Below the pieces are notes generated by a model that saw only the letters and a program-made list of their open reading frames with translations, was not told where the DNA came from and made no database searches. The position numbers and the translations under genes were made by a program. Source: Felis catus (Eukaryota). From it: DNA of 64,000 nt. Of this stretch, positions 14,046 through 26,414 are shown piece after piece; within the stretch, counting starts at the first letter, position 1, and each line of letters starts with the position of its first letter. Location of the stretch: contig NC_058368.1 of assembly GCF_018350175.1 (NCBI RefSeq), positions 212,166,001 through 212,230,000 of the forward strand, in the 5' to 3' direction.

Positions 14046-14268
14046 CAGGCTCTCTTAATCTCAGCACCGTTGACATTTGGGGCCAGATAACTCTTTGTTT
14101 CAGGGCTGTCCTGCACACCCTATGATGTGTAGTGACACCCCTGGCCTGTACCTACTTAGATTTTAGTAGCAACTTCCCCCCTTCCTCCAGGTTGTCACGA
14201 CCAAAAACATCTCCAAACATTGCTAAGTGTCTGGTCAAGGGCAAAAGCACCCTTGGTTGAGAAGCAGC
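14046..14268 (-). mobile_element. MER20 hAT-Charlie MITE
   Basis: ttgacatttggggccagataactctttg...gttgtcacgaccaaaaacatctccaaacattgc...ggttgagaa matches the reverse MER20 consensus. Confidence 0.85.
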
Positions 14269-15480
14269 ATTATAGAGGTATTCATTTCCTGCTCACCATA
14301 TTGGTTCTAGATATTGGAGTCCCAGAAGGTGGCTGTAATGTAGGGGCTTATGTTAAAGGCGGGGGGGGGGGGGTCGGGAGCCAAGGAAGAGGAGAATGGA
14401 GAGAGGAAGAGAGAGGGGAGGGACAGAGAAGAAAGGAAGTGAAGGAAGAAGGAAAGAATGAATTCTGGAGAGCGTCTTCATTTTCTAGTGACCACAAACA
14501 AGGGTATATTTAGGTTGCCAATCTCATCAGGCATTCATTCCAATCCTAAGAAGACACACTAAGTTTAGTCAAACAGGAGGGGACTCGTTGGTATCATAAA
14601 TCAAATAGGTGACGAACCGAACTCTAAAGAAGAGCTAGAAGAATGTGATAAATGTTGAAGAACTGTGTAAAAAGAAGAGTCTAGGCAAGTCAGTGAAGGC
14701 AAGCAATATCTGTCTCTAGTGGGGGCAGACAGGCTGGCCCCAGAGGCCAGAGTCAGCGGGTTTATTCTCTGTCCAGCTCTGTGGGCTCTGGTGGAGAAGG
14801 AGTGGGCTGTGAGGCCAGGAGCCAGATCCTGCCATGCGGCAACAGGACAGAGGCACTGCCTCACCTCACCTTGGTCACCTCGCCTTGGTCACCTCACCTG
14901 GCTGCAGCTCTGGCCAGCACTAGGTTTTGTCTGCAGCTGTACTTTCTATAATTTCTTCTCAGGGAAGAGTGAGCCAGAAAAGAAAAGGTCATGTCTGGGG
15001 GCTGGTCACTAGCCCACAGCTCTGCAGGGCTCACATGCTTCCTCACCCCCAGTCCCCCGCAAAGTCGATGACCCTGTACCAGTAAATTCCTGTTGCGCTC
15101 ATTAGACAGCAGCCATAATACATGTGCCTGCGTGCCCGGGGTTCTGTCCTTGCTTTTCAAAGCCACTTGCTATGGTGGGTTAGATATCCTCTTAAAACGA
15201 TAGGTGGTTATTTCCTGGCTCTAATTTTGTCCCTGGGGTTCAGGTTCTCATTTTTATTGTGTTACATAGTCACCCTTGGCCTTACGATTGCCAATGAATA
15301 GTTGTTAAGCTCCTGTTACTTCCCATAAGAGATACTGTGGTGATTATAGCCATGTAAGAGTTACCATTTATTGAGCACTGAGATATTGTGATACAATAAA
15401 GGATATATATTTGGTATCTGATAAAAAAAATGCCTCTGATAAAATCCAATAGTCATCATGATTTTAGAACTAAAAGCTCT

Positions 15481-15712
15481 GGGGGCGCCCAGGTGGTTCA
15501 GTTGGTTAAGCACCTGACTTTGGCTCAGGTCATGATCTCACAGTTCCTGGGTTCGAGCCCCAAGTTGGACTCTGTGCTGACAGCTCAGAGGCTGGAACCT
15601 GTTTCAGATTGTGTGTCTTCTTCTCTTCCTGCCCCTCACCCACTTACACTGTGACACCCTCTCTCAAAAATAAGTAAACATTAAAAAAAATTAAAAACAA
15701 ACAAACGAACAA
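15481..15712 (+). mobile_element. CanSINE, no recognisable TSD
   Basis: Full head to A-tail; flanks do not match each other. Confidence 0.9.
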
Positions 15713-16148
15713 AAAAACCCTAACTGGAGGAGTATGGAGAGCTTCCTGGCAGCTGAATACATGGAGGTGCTGGGAGGGTGGTGTGCCCCAAGGGGGGTAT
15801 AGAAGCTCTGCCACCTTTCCCCTGTACCTCCCCATGAATCTCTTCCATCTGGCTGTCCCTGAGTTGTATCCTTTTATAATAATCCAGTAATCTAGTAAGC
15901 AAAATGTTTTCTTGAGTTCTGTGAGCCACTTTAGGAAAGTATCCAACCCTTGGCTGGGATTGTGGGAACCTTGGTTCATGGCCAGCTGGTGAGAAGCACA
16001 GGTGACAACCTGGACCTGAAGGGAAGGCAATAGGGGCTGTGCTGGGCAGCCCAGCCCCAAACCTGCCCAGTCTGCACCAACCCCAACAGTTAGGGCCAGA
16101 ATTGCTTGGTATGGAAAACCCACACATTTGTTGAAACAGAAGTAACTT

Positions 16149-16401
16149 GGGGCACCTGGTGGCTCAGTCAGCTAAGTGACTTCGGCTGAGGTCATGATCT
16201 TATGGTTCATGGGTTCAAGGCCCGTGTTAAGCTCTGTGCTGACAGCTCAGAGCCTGGAGCCTGCTTCGGTTTCTGTGTCTCCCTCTCTCTCTGCCCCTCC
16301 CTCACTCATGCTCTGTCTCTCAGAAGTAAATAAACATTCAAGAAGAAGGAGAAGAAAAAGAAGAAGAAGAAGAAGAAGAAGAAGAAGAAGAAGAAGAAGA
16401 A
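16149..16401 (+). mobile_element. CanSINE whose A-tail has become a (GAA)n microsatellite (~16340-16404)
   Basis: TSD gaaacagaagtaa; about 20 GAA-type units. Confidence 0.9.
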
Positions 16402-16868
16402 GAAACAGAAGTAATGTGAGAGCAGAGTAGAAGAAAACAGTGGGATTTTTAAGTACCTACTTCACTTTTGATGATGTTTTAGAGATACCTCATATATTCT
16501 CTTTATTGTTCTCGACTACTGAAGAAAATAATTATTACATGCCTATAGAGGAAGAACTGTTCCTTACCTCACTTAGGATCATGCAGCTAATTAGTAGACA
16601 GCAGAGGTTTGAACCCATATAAGCCTGTGGTCTCCATTACATCCCCCAAAGAGGTGTGCACCAGTCCCCTATCCAGGCTGTGTCTAAAGCAAAGCAAGCG
16701 TGCTGCTAGGTGTGGTGGGTTCCAAGGGATCTTCATGCAGACAGTCACCTGCTGAGACCAAGGTAGAGCTGGGGACACAGGCTATGTACAGAAAAGCAAC
16801 ACAGTCAAAGAAGATTCTGGTATCAACTCTGTGTTTTAAAACATACATCAATCTGTTCCGGATATCTT

Positions 16869-17107
16869 CTTGTTTTATTTTTTATTTTTTTTTAATTCAC
16901 ATCCAAATTAGTTAGCATATAGTGCAACAATGATTTCAGGAGTAGATTCCTTAGTGCCCCTTACCAATTTAGCCCATCCCCCCTCCCACAACCCCTCCAG
17001 TAACCCTCTGTTCTCCATATTTATGAGTCTCTTCTGTTTTGTCCCCCTCCATGATTTTATATTATTTTTGTTTCCCTTCCTTTATGTTCATCTGTTTTGT
17101 CTCTTAA
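16869..17107 (-). mobile_element. Carnivore/felid L1 3' UTR fragment with poly(A)
   Basis: Reverse complement reads ...gatgggctaaattggtaaggggcactaaggaatctactcctgaaatcattgttgcactatatgctaactaa + A-tail. Homologous to the L1 3' end at ~44870-45130. Confidence 0.85.
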
Positions 17108-17114
17108 AGAAAGG

Positions 17115-17140
17115 TTTAATTTTTTTAATGTTGATTTGTT

Positions 17141-17192
<52 letters not shown>

Positions 17193-17358
17193 CATGAACA
17201 GGGGAGGGGCAGAGAGAGAGGGAGACACAGAATCGAATACAGGCTCCAGGCTCCGAGCAGTCCTCACAGAGCCTGATGCAGGGCTCGAACTCATGAACTG
17301 CAAGCTCATGACCTGAGCCAAAGTCGGACACTTAACTGACTGAGCCACCAGGCGCCCC
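17115..17358 (-). mobile_element. CanSINE fused to the 5' side of the L1 fragment
   Basis: Full-length SINE with long (GA)n. Shares one TSD with the L1 (see findings). Confidence 0.92.
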
Positions 17359-17680
17359 TCTGTTCCGGACATCTTATTTACCTGTAGCTAAAGACTTGGC
17401 CTCACTCTTTTCAGAATTCGCTTTCCATAAAGGTGGTTACCTTACCCACCTCTACACTTCAACTCTCAGAATTTCTAGTTGGAGGTAACTTTACAACAAG
17501 ATGCTACCAGTGCTAGAGGGAGAAGGATGTTGGGGTAAGAGTCGGGAGGCTGAAGGACTCTTGAGGAGGAGATGAGCTGACCCTTCAGCCCATGGACATG
17601 GAGAAGGGGCCTTGATAAAGGAATTCTTATGTGATACAAGCTGAGCTCTGTGAGCTTGAAGCTGACCCTTAGTGCGGTCT

Positions 17681-17861
17681 TGTGATAGGCTGAAAGGAGA
17701 TCCTGGTCCCTGGAGCCTGCAAATGTTACCTCATTTGGAGCAAGGGTCTTTGCAGACATTATTAAGTGAAGGGGCTTGAAATGGGGATACTATCATCAAT
17801 TATCCATTTGGGCCCTAAATGTCATTACAAGTATCCTTATAGGAGAGAGGCAGAGGGGAAT

Positions 17862-17930
<69 letters not shown>

Positions 17931-18510
17931 AGGTGATATGAAGATGGAACAGGGACAGATTTGGAGACAGTAACCTTGAAGACTGGAGGGATGGTCCACA
18001 AGCCAGGCAATGCCAGCAGGCACCACAAACCCAAAGAGGCAAAGAACTGATCTTCCATAGAGCCTCTGGAGGGAGCATGGTGCTGCTAATGCCTTCATTT
18101 CATCCCAGTAACACTGATTTTATAACTATAAGAGACCAGATTTGGCTTCTAGAACTATTAGAAACCAGGTTTTTTGGGGTGCCTGGGTGGCTCAGTTGTT
18201 TGAGCATCCGACTTCAGCTCAGGTCATATTCTCACACACAGTTCATGAGTTCCAGCCCCACATCGGGCTCTCTGCTGTCAGCATGGATCCTGGAGCCTGC
18301 TTCGGATCCTCTGTCTCCCTCTCTGCCTCTCTCCGACTCATGCTCTCTCTCTCTCTTTCTCAAAAATAAATAAAAACATTAAAAAAAACTAAAAATAAAG
18401 TAAAATAAATAAAAAATTTTAAAAAGTAAAAAACAAACAAATAGGTTTTTGTTGTCTTGAGCCACCAAGTTCATGGTAATTTGTCACAGCAGCTATGGGA
18501 AACTAATGCA
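17681..18510 (+). mobile_element. MLT1 (C/D-like) MaLR solo LTR containing a (CA)n(GA)n microsatellite (~17864-17930) and a SINE
   Basis: tgtgataggctgaa...gtctttgcagacattattaag...ggtaatttgtcacagcagctatgggaaactaatgca. Confidence 0.85.
18176..18442 (+). mobile_element. CanSINE inside the MLT1 LTR
   Basis: Short TSD aggttttt. Confidence 0.9.
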
Positions 18511-19299
18511 GGTGACGCAAGCAGAAGAGCAGAGATGCCCCAACCAAGTTATAGACGCTCCAAAGCTTGGAAAACCCTGTGATTGGGGCTTCTTGGAATG
18601 TGTGGCAAAGGAGTTTTTGGAATGGCACAAATCTGTCACTTCCTAAGGAAGCTTGCAGCCAGGCAGGCTCTATGAGATGCATATTCATTGGCAAGGCAAG
18701 CCTTTGTCAGGGCAAGACCAGCAGCCAGGCATCTGGACCCCTTGCCCATAGTCCCGCCTCCTGGCCACTGTCCCTGTGATTCTTGCCTTGCTTGGGGCTT
18801 TGTAGTTGACATCTCTTCATCTCTTAGTTCTAAAAGCAGCATTGCTAGAACAAGGTAAACGATACCTGGTTCCCCCTGGAAGGCTTCTTAAGCTGAGTGC
18901 ACGGATGCAGCTTGTTGATTTGGAGAGAAATTTTGAAATGGACCAATTCCACAGCCCCCTCTCCTACCATCAGCAATGAAGCCCCGGTAGTTAGAAAGGA
19001 GATGCCGTGGCCGCAGGCAGGAGCTGGTGCCAGACAGCCACTGTGCAGCATCTTCCGGGGCCCAGGTTTTCTCAGTGAGCTGGTGATCAGTTCCACGGCT
19101 CCACTCTGCCAGTCCACATCAGAGCACTTCAAGGGAGCAAGACAGCCTGTTCTATCTCCCAACTTGTGCTGTCATATAGGAAACAGAATTTCCTGCAATT
19201 GCCTCCAAACAATTTGAAGATTATTGTTAAGAGGGAAGCATAAGGAATTTAACAAGTCTTTTTAAATCATTGTCATTTGGTAGCGTCTTTCGCTTTTTA

Positions 19300-19915
19300 C
19301 ACTCTGGAAAACAGTGTGCAGGTTCCTCAGAAAATTAAAAATAGACCTACCCTATGACCCAGCAATAGCACTGCTAGGAATTTATCCAAGGGATACAGGA
19401 GTTCTGATGCATAGGGCCACTTGTACCCCAATGTTTATAGCAGCACTCTCAACAATAGCCAAATTATGGAAAGAGCCTAAATGTCCATCAACTGACGAAT
19501 GGATAAAGAAATTGTGGTTTATATACACAATGGAGTACTACGTGGCAATGAGAAAGAATGAAATATGGCCCTTTGTAGCAATGTGGATGGAACTGGAGAG
19601 TGTGATGCTAAGTGAAATAAGCCATACAGAGAAAGACGGATACCATATGTTTTCACTCTTATGTGGATCCTGAGAAACTTAACAGAATCCCATTGGGGGA
19701 GGGGAAGGAAAAAAAAAGAGGTTAGAGTGGGAGAGAGCCAAAGCATAAGAGACTCTTAAAAACTGAGAACAAACTGAGGGTTGATGGGGGGTGGGAGGGA
19801 GGGGAGGGTGGGTGATGGGCATTGAGGAGGGCACCTGTTGGGATGAGCACTGAGTGTTGTATGGAAACCAATTTGACAATAAATTTCATATATTGAAAAA
19901 TAAAAAAAAAATAAA
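19300..19915 (+). mobile_element. Young felid L1, 5'-truncated (ORF2 C-terminus, 3' UTR, poly(A))
   Basis: ORF 19314-19673 encodes the L1 ORF2p C-terminus (LPYDPAIALLGIYP...KCPSTDEWIKKLWFIYTMEYY); G-rich 3' UTR; AATAAA and A-tail. Confidence 0.95.
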
Positions 19916-20470
19916 GCCTTCCACTGTGTTGTTACAGTGAGAATCACTATTAGAGCCCCAGTCCATAGGACTTTTACGTTGTAACCGGGACAGTAGAGTA
20001 ACTCATGTAGGGGGACTAAAGAACAGTAGGAGACAGTGCATAATCGGTTCTCCAGTTGTGTGGGAAATGCCAGCAGCGTTCTGGTAGGATAAAGATCACT
20101 GGCAAAAACAGACCAAATCGGGTTAGGCTGTTGTTAATTCTGTGCTGACTAAACCAGAGAGGTTGTCTTTTCGGGGTAAATAAATGGGTTGGGCTTTTGT
20201 CTTGCTGAGTTTTTTGCATTACATTTTTCTTCTGACCAATCCCTCAGAACATGTCAACAGCCTTCTGTCACAGATCACCTATAAATATAAAAACAGTATT
20301 CTATTATACATCTCCTAGGAAGGTGACATTATGGCAGACATCCAAAAAGTGAAATGGACAACAGAAAACAACTTGACACTGGCTCCTGAGCCCTGGGCCT
20401 GGAAGAGTTACACAATGATGGAGAAGGGGAAAAAAAGAGGGTTCCCTACCACTTTCAAAAGCTATTTCTA

Positions 20471-20702
20471 GGAGCGCCTGGCTGGCTCAGTCAGTTAGGC
20501 ATCCGACTCTTGATTGTGGCTCTGGTGATGATCTCACAGTTTGTGAGTTTGAGCCCCAAATGGGGCTCTGTGCTGACAGTGGGGAGCCTGCTTGGGATTC
20601 TCCCTCTCCCTGTCTCTCTGCCCCTCCCCGCTTGTGGTGTCTCTCTCTCTCAAAACATAAATAAATAAACAAACAAATAAATAAATAAATAACTTTTTCT
20701 TA
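20471..20702 (+). mobile_element. CanSINE (older subfamily)
   Basis: TSD aaaagctatttct / aaaagctctttct. Confidence 0.9.
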
Positions 20703-21095
20703 AAAAGCTCTTTCTGTGTTTCCATGGGTTCTACCTTCTAGAATCTTGAATAAATCATCCATGATAAGAGGTAGAGAAAGAGCTCACATCCTTGTTTTCC
20801 ACAGAGAATCCAGAGTATTCATTAGCAAACACTTTTAGTTCTTAAAGTGGTCAAGAATAGCTAACAAATAAGACATTATCTTAAGTTTCTTCTTTTTCTA
20901 CTGCTTTCTGATCAAAGGGACCAGTGAAACTAGTAGTAGGTAGACTGCAGGAGATAGGAAAGAGGAAGGCAATGCCCCCAATTGATCATCTCCTAAATAA
21001 TTGAAAATTAGTAATTGTTTCAGTACCTGCTTCACATTAGAGTAGAAAAATATTCAATTAGGAACCAGGGAACCTAGATTCTATTGGATTCTTTT

Positions 21096-21270
21096 ACTCA
21101 ATAGTTGAGTGTCCAGCTCTTGATTTCGACTCAGGTCATGATCTCACAGTTCATGGGATAGAGCCTCACATCCCACAGCACAGAGCCTGCTTTCTGCCCC
21201 TCTCTTTCTGCCTCTCTCCTTCTTTCTCTCTCTCTCAAAATAAATAAACTTAAAATAACAACAAATAATA
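21096..21270 (+). mobile_element. Degraded, 5'-truncated CanSINE followed by a MIR relic
   Basis: ctcaggtcatgatctcacagttcatggg...ctctcaaaataaataaac. Confidence 0.75.
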
Positions 21271-21447
21271 ACAAATGATCAAGTTCTTATGTGTTAGGCT
21301 GTGTACTATACACTATATATAAATTGATATTTTGTTTAATCTACAACACTCGTATAAAATCAGTATTGTTATACTCATTTCATAGATGAGGAAAGTAAGG
21401 CTCAAACTTGCTTGAAGTTGTACAACAGGAAACTAGACCTTAGTTTT

Positions 21448-21662
21448 ATTTTTCTTTAATGTTTATTTATTTTTAAGAGAGAGAGAGAGACAGAGGGCAA
21501 GTGGAAGAGGGGCAGAGAGAAAGGGAGACACAGAATCCGAAGTAGGCTCCAGGCTCTGAGCTGTCAGCACAGAAGCTGATGCAGGGCTTGAACTCACAAA
21601 CCATGAGATCATGACCTCAGCCAATGTCAGACGCTTAACCCACTGAGTGACCCAGGTGCCCC
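21448..21662 (-). mobile_element. CanSINE
   Basis: TSD tagaccttagtttt. Confidence 0.92.
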
Positions 21663-21938
21663 TAGACCTTAGTTTTCTTGACTGAAAAGAGAGAGGGCAT
21701 ATTGTTTTTCATTCAGAGACATTCTTATTTAGCATCTACTTATGCTGTATGCTCGACTGGACTTGAGGCGTGGTTGCACAAGCCAGCCATGGCCCTGACT
21801 ACTCTAGGAGGCTGGAGTATCAGCGAGGACCACCCAGCTCTGTAACCTGTGCTTCTGCACAAGGTTTCTGTTTCCAGTGGCTGGCTGTACACGTATACTT
21901 TTGGTGATCTTCTCTCACATGTCCGTGTGTGTCTGCAG

Positions 21939-22149
21939 GTGGTGGGCCGGGGAGTGGGAAGCATGCTCAGCAACATGTGGGCCCCATGGAGAGAAGAAGC
22001 GAACGGTGCTGTGCGTCCAGACCATGGGCTCTGATGAGCAGGCTCTTCCAGCTAAAGACTGCCAGCACCTGCTGAAGCCCAAGACCCTCATTTCCTGCAA
22101 CAGAGACATCTTGTGTCCATCGGACTGGACAGTAGGCAACTGGAGTGAG
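21939..22149 (+). CDS. ADAMTS12: ADAMTS12 coding exon, TSR3 plus start of TSR4 (approx. exon 18), phase 2 to 0
   Basis: gtctgcag|GTGG ... GAG|gtaagc. Translates (R)[70 protein letters not shown]. Confidence 0.96.
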
Positions 22150-22375
22150 GTAAGCTTCATCCGTTCCCCACCCATTAACCAATCCAAAGCGACCGTAGAG
22201 AAAATTGCACAGTCGCCAGTGTCTATCACCTCTGGCCTGTTTCCTGCATTTCCCACTGCCTCGTATCCTATCTTGCTTATTTTTCATTCTTACTGGGTCT
22301 TCTCACTTGTCCAGTGATCAGATACCAGTCAGGGATGAGCTGAATCCCACTTACACAGGCTCACAACAGCTAATT

Positions 22376-22595
22376 ATTTTTTAATTTTTTTAAGTTTATT
22401 CACTTTTGAGAGACAGAGAGACAGAGCATGAGCTGGGAAGGGGCAGAGAGAGAGAGGGAGACACAGAATCCGAAGCAGGCTCCAGGCTCTGAGCTGTCAG
22501 CACAGAGCCCGACGCGGGGCTCGAACTCACAAACTGCGGGATCATGACCTGAGCCGAAGTCGGACACTTAACCGACTGAGCCACCCAGGTGCCCC
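22376..22595 (-). mobile_element. CanSINE (SINEC_Fc-like, low divergence)
   Basis: Perfect 15-bp TSD tcacaacagctaatt; CpGs retained. Confidence 0.94.
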
Positions 22596-24969
22596 TCACA
22601 ACAGCTAATTTTTACATTGTCAGGATTTTTGCTATTCTCCTGTCGTCAAACCACTGGTAGCAAATCAGGGCTCTCCCACCCACCCCAAGAGCTGGTTTGT
22701 TAAACGCTTACATTTATGTTTCACTGGAACTATTGTAGTTAACTAAAACCGGAGATGTGCTACTCAAATGGTAGAATGATAGGCAGTATACTTGACATTG
22801 AAAAAGCCCCTCACATCATCCATCTATTCAGCATCGGTCAACGCCAGACCTGACCAAGAGTTGGCACATCTACTGTTATTAGCCATATAAATTCAAATAA
22901 GTGTTGTTGCATTTCCCCAAATTAATCTGATCTAATTCTCTGAGTGCAGTTAGCAATCAGTGGGCTAGAAGGTTAAGAAGAATTCCCAAGCTTCACTTGC
23001 CTTTAGGTCACCTGGAACCTGGTAGTGTCACAACTCATGCTCCTACAGTCTGTCATCGAAGTAGAGACTTTTTGTTCTCCAGGGGTCCTGGAGCCTCCAG
23101 GGGCCTTGCTCTGCTTCCCTATACATGTTTCCATTCAATGATCTAAGGAATGACAAAAAATATATGTTTTTTTAAACCAACAGTCCAGACTTTAAGGACA
23201 GATGAGTCTCCTTGGAAGGCCCATGCTTTCCATAATAATGCTACTGTTGACCAGAATATCATAGGAACTCCTCTTAGGACTCACCTTCAGAGAAACGAAA
23301 AATACTGGATTTTGGAGAATGCAGCAAGTACTATCTGTACTCATAAAGGTACTATGAAATAGTATCTACAGAAGAATTTGAAAATTTGTATAAGCAAAGG
23401 TTCCATCTCTGAAGCTGACCCTTTGAAAGCAAAAAACAATCATTTGAATAGAGCCACTCTGATAACCTTAGTTCCAGAACTTTATTTCATTACCTCATGG
23501 TCACAGTTCAGGTTTATTTAGCTTCTAATTCTGTGCAGAATACTGTCTTGGGCATTGAAGTGAAAACAAAAGGAAAATGGCGAGCACAGTCCCTATGTTG
23601 TAAGAACTTCCTATCAAATGGGAGAGATAGGGCCCAAAAAAGAAAAAAAAGAAGAAAGAAAGAAAAGAAGAAAGAAATATGAAGGGATCCATGCAAAGAA
23701 AACATACCTGCAAACTAATAGAGTACTATTAATGTGTGCACATATCAGCATTAGTCCACAGCCAGCCTGGATTGCTGTAAATTACAGTGTTGTCCAAATA
23801 AGGCTGAACGAGGTATTGTGACTGGCCCATTAAATCTGTTTACCAGGAATGTTTTGGCTGCATCATCTGAAGCAGTCAATATTTCCTGTCATGTAGAATT
23901 TACTAATTGCCAGATCCTTCATGCTTGTTTTAAAGGACTACAATTATATATTTGGCTGAGGAGTTCTTCATATTATGCTCCTATTTGTGGGGAACAAAAT
24001 GACGTGCCTTAGCTGGGGAACAGGGGACCAAAAAGTTGGCACGACGTGACAAGTACTCATGTCTGTTGTTGCAAATACAGGCCATTGCATAGTGTATTGC
24101 CAGCAGACACAGAGTTCAGTCTCTAGCTTCCTCTTGATAGAGTTGAGCAGAAAGGCTGAGACCCTGCCTTCCAGGTAGGGGATGTTGTCATGAGAGGTGC
24201 TTTTAGCTAAATCAGCATCAAAATATCCATCCAGTGGGTCTTCTTTTCTTCCCTCGGCTCTCTTACTAATGCCTGCACACTTCAGCCCTGTAATGAGCTT
24301 TGCCAGAATATGATGAAATGTCTTTGTCTTTGATGTTCTAACTAAACCCAGATACATTTATAAGAGAAATGATACAGTGCTGTCTTCTTGCTACTGTAGT
24401 ATTTATGGTCTGGATCTTGTCTTGAGACGGACATAAATTGATGCAGGGCAGTGCTCCAGCACAGTTCATTTGGTCTAAACCTGGCTGTTTGGGTCACCCT
24501 GTGTGAGTTGGAAGCTAGGAGGTAACTGGGCCAAAGATCTAAGAACTGTGAAGCTCCTGGACTCTGCAGGAGCAGGGTCGTCCTCCCTGGGCTGACTTCC
24601 CTTCCCTGCCAAGGCACTTCTGCCAACCCAAGCAATGAGAGAGGGTGGGCTCAGCTGTGTCCCAGCACACTCATCCCTGACCCAGCAGGGATCAGAAGGA
24701 GGACCTAGCGACAGCTGGCAGGGGGAAGGGGAGGGGAGCATTCTGCCCCTATGACCAGCCCCTCCCTCTCTAAGCTCATGCCCTGAACACTGACTCCTAC
24801 CCTGATCTCAGATTTCACCAAGAATCTTATTCTGTTTTTCACCCAACCTACTTTCTGGGCATGCAGGGTAAAGAAAGGGGTCTTGGTTTGTCATAAAGCA
24901 TCAGAGTTTCTGTGGCCCCCATTTTTATTAGGTCTATCACTTCAGTGACAGGCCTTGTGAGAGAAAGCC

Positions 24970-25215
24970 AGTCTAGTGGTGATGCACAGTCTCTAGAGCT
25001 TGGGGCCCTGGGCTCCAATCCTGGCTCTGCTACTAACTAGATGTGTGACTTGAATCTCTTTGTGATTACCTTTAGTTGTCTGTAGTGTGTTTTCTCCATC
25101 CATGAAATGGGGATAACAGCGGTACTTAGACTCAAGGGAAGTTATGGGGATTAAATGAGTTAATAGTTCCAAACTTCTTACTAGAACAATGCCTGTAACA
25201 TAATAGGCATTTCTT
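24970..25215 (+). mobile_element. MIR relic
   Basis: aatcctggctctgctactaactagatgtgtgacttg...catgaaatggggataacag...ggattaaatgagttaata. Confidence 0.7.
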
Positions 25216-26233
25216 AGCAGAGTAAACAGATGGAAATAATAAGGTCATCTATCATTTGTTCAGTGCTTTTCACACTATAGAGTCTATCTCATTTAACACT
25301 TAAGATAACTTCATGAGGTTGATGTTGTTCATTAATTCCCCCCGTTACTCCTGGCAGTTTAGTGGGATACTAATTTTCCTAGGTTTTCAAGCCCTTGGTG
25401 ATCCCTAATTATATGGCCCTGAGCTAGTGTTAGAGCACCCTCAGCCTTTTCTCATTTATAAAGAGAGGGTTAATTTAAGGCTTGAAGATAATCCATGTAA
25501 GCCCTTTGCATGGTGCCTGACAAATAGTAAGTGTTCACTAAATGGTAACTTCATTCTCAAGCAAGAACACAAGTGTCTGTCTTCTATTCTAGTCTGATTT
25601 GGAAAGCCATGGTCAGTCCGTGGCACCCAGATGCCCTGACAATCTGTACCCCCCTGCCTTTTCCTCTAAACCCACGCCCCAAGCTCAGGGCCATTTTATG
25701 GGACAGGGTCTACAAAAATGTTTGAGACCTGAAAGAAAAGGTTATTGTATGCTTTCCATAAAAACAAAGGACAGTGCAAAATCAGAAATCAGTATTCAAT
25801 TACATATTAATGACAGATACTTGTTGGGCTTTTAGCATATGTATTAAACACTTTTATAGGTATTAACACAATACTTCGTAACAGCCTTATTAGCTCCATC
25901 GTACAGGTGAAGAAACAGATATAGAGACATAGAGACTTCTCCAAGGTCACACAGCCTTTAAGCAAGGCAACCAGGATTTGAATGAAGGCAGCAGAACTTG
26001 TACTGTGAACACTCTGCCATATGCATCTCAAACGTCTGCAAAATATAACAGTATGACGGTGTTCATAAAAAATGTATTATGTTTGGAAACAATTTCTAGA
26101 TCAGCTCTTGTCACTTTGCTGGAATCACAGACTATGCATAATGATTGCTGAGAAATCAGGGCACTCTTAAATGAGTTGCCGTCCCCAAATACTTTCAGAG
26201 CAAAAGAATAAAAAGCCTTTCAGATGGTTTTTA

Positions 26234-26414
26234 TTTTTATTTTTGTAAGGTTATTTATTTATTTTGAAAGAGACAAAGACAGTGAGAGTGGGGGAGGGAC
26301 ATAGGGAGAGGGAGAGAATCCCATGACTCTCTTCAAATCACGAAGCTGTGAAATCATGACCTGAGCTGAAACCAAGAGTTGGATGCTTAACTGACTGAGC
26401 CACCCAGGCGCCCC
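26234..26414 (-). mobile_element. CanSINE with internal deletion
   Basis: TSD tcagatggttttta / tcagagggttttta. Confidence 0.88.

Larger units (their letters stand above)
15379..16451 (+). mobile_element. MER21-like solo LTR, interrupted by two SINEs, inserted in a MIR
   Basis: Starts tgagatattgtgatacaataaaggatatatatttggt; internal gagagcttcc...catctggctgtccctgagttgtatccttttataataa...agaagcacaggtgacaacctggac. Candidate 5-bp TSD agcac/agtac splitting the MIR motif ttattgagcac|ctact. Confidence 0.75.

Noticed and set aside
14861..14901. 3 x 14-bp tandem repeat (tcacctcaccttgg); also 3 x 12-bp (ttgctaatccac) at ~39938-39973
   Set aside because: Ordinary slippage duplications with no spacers; not CRISPR-like.
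16176..16430. ORF with a poly-Arg, protamine-like tail
   Set aside because: Translation of a SINE plus its (GAA)n tail.
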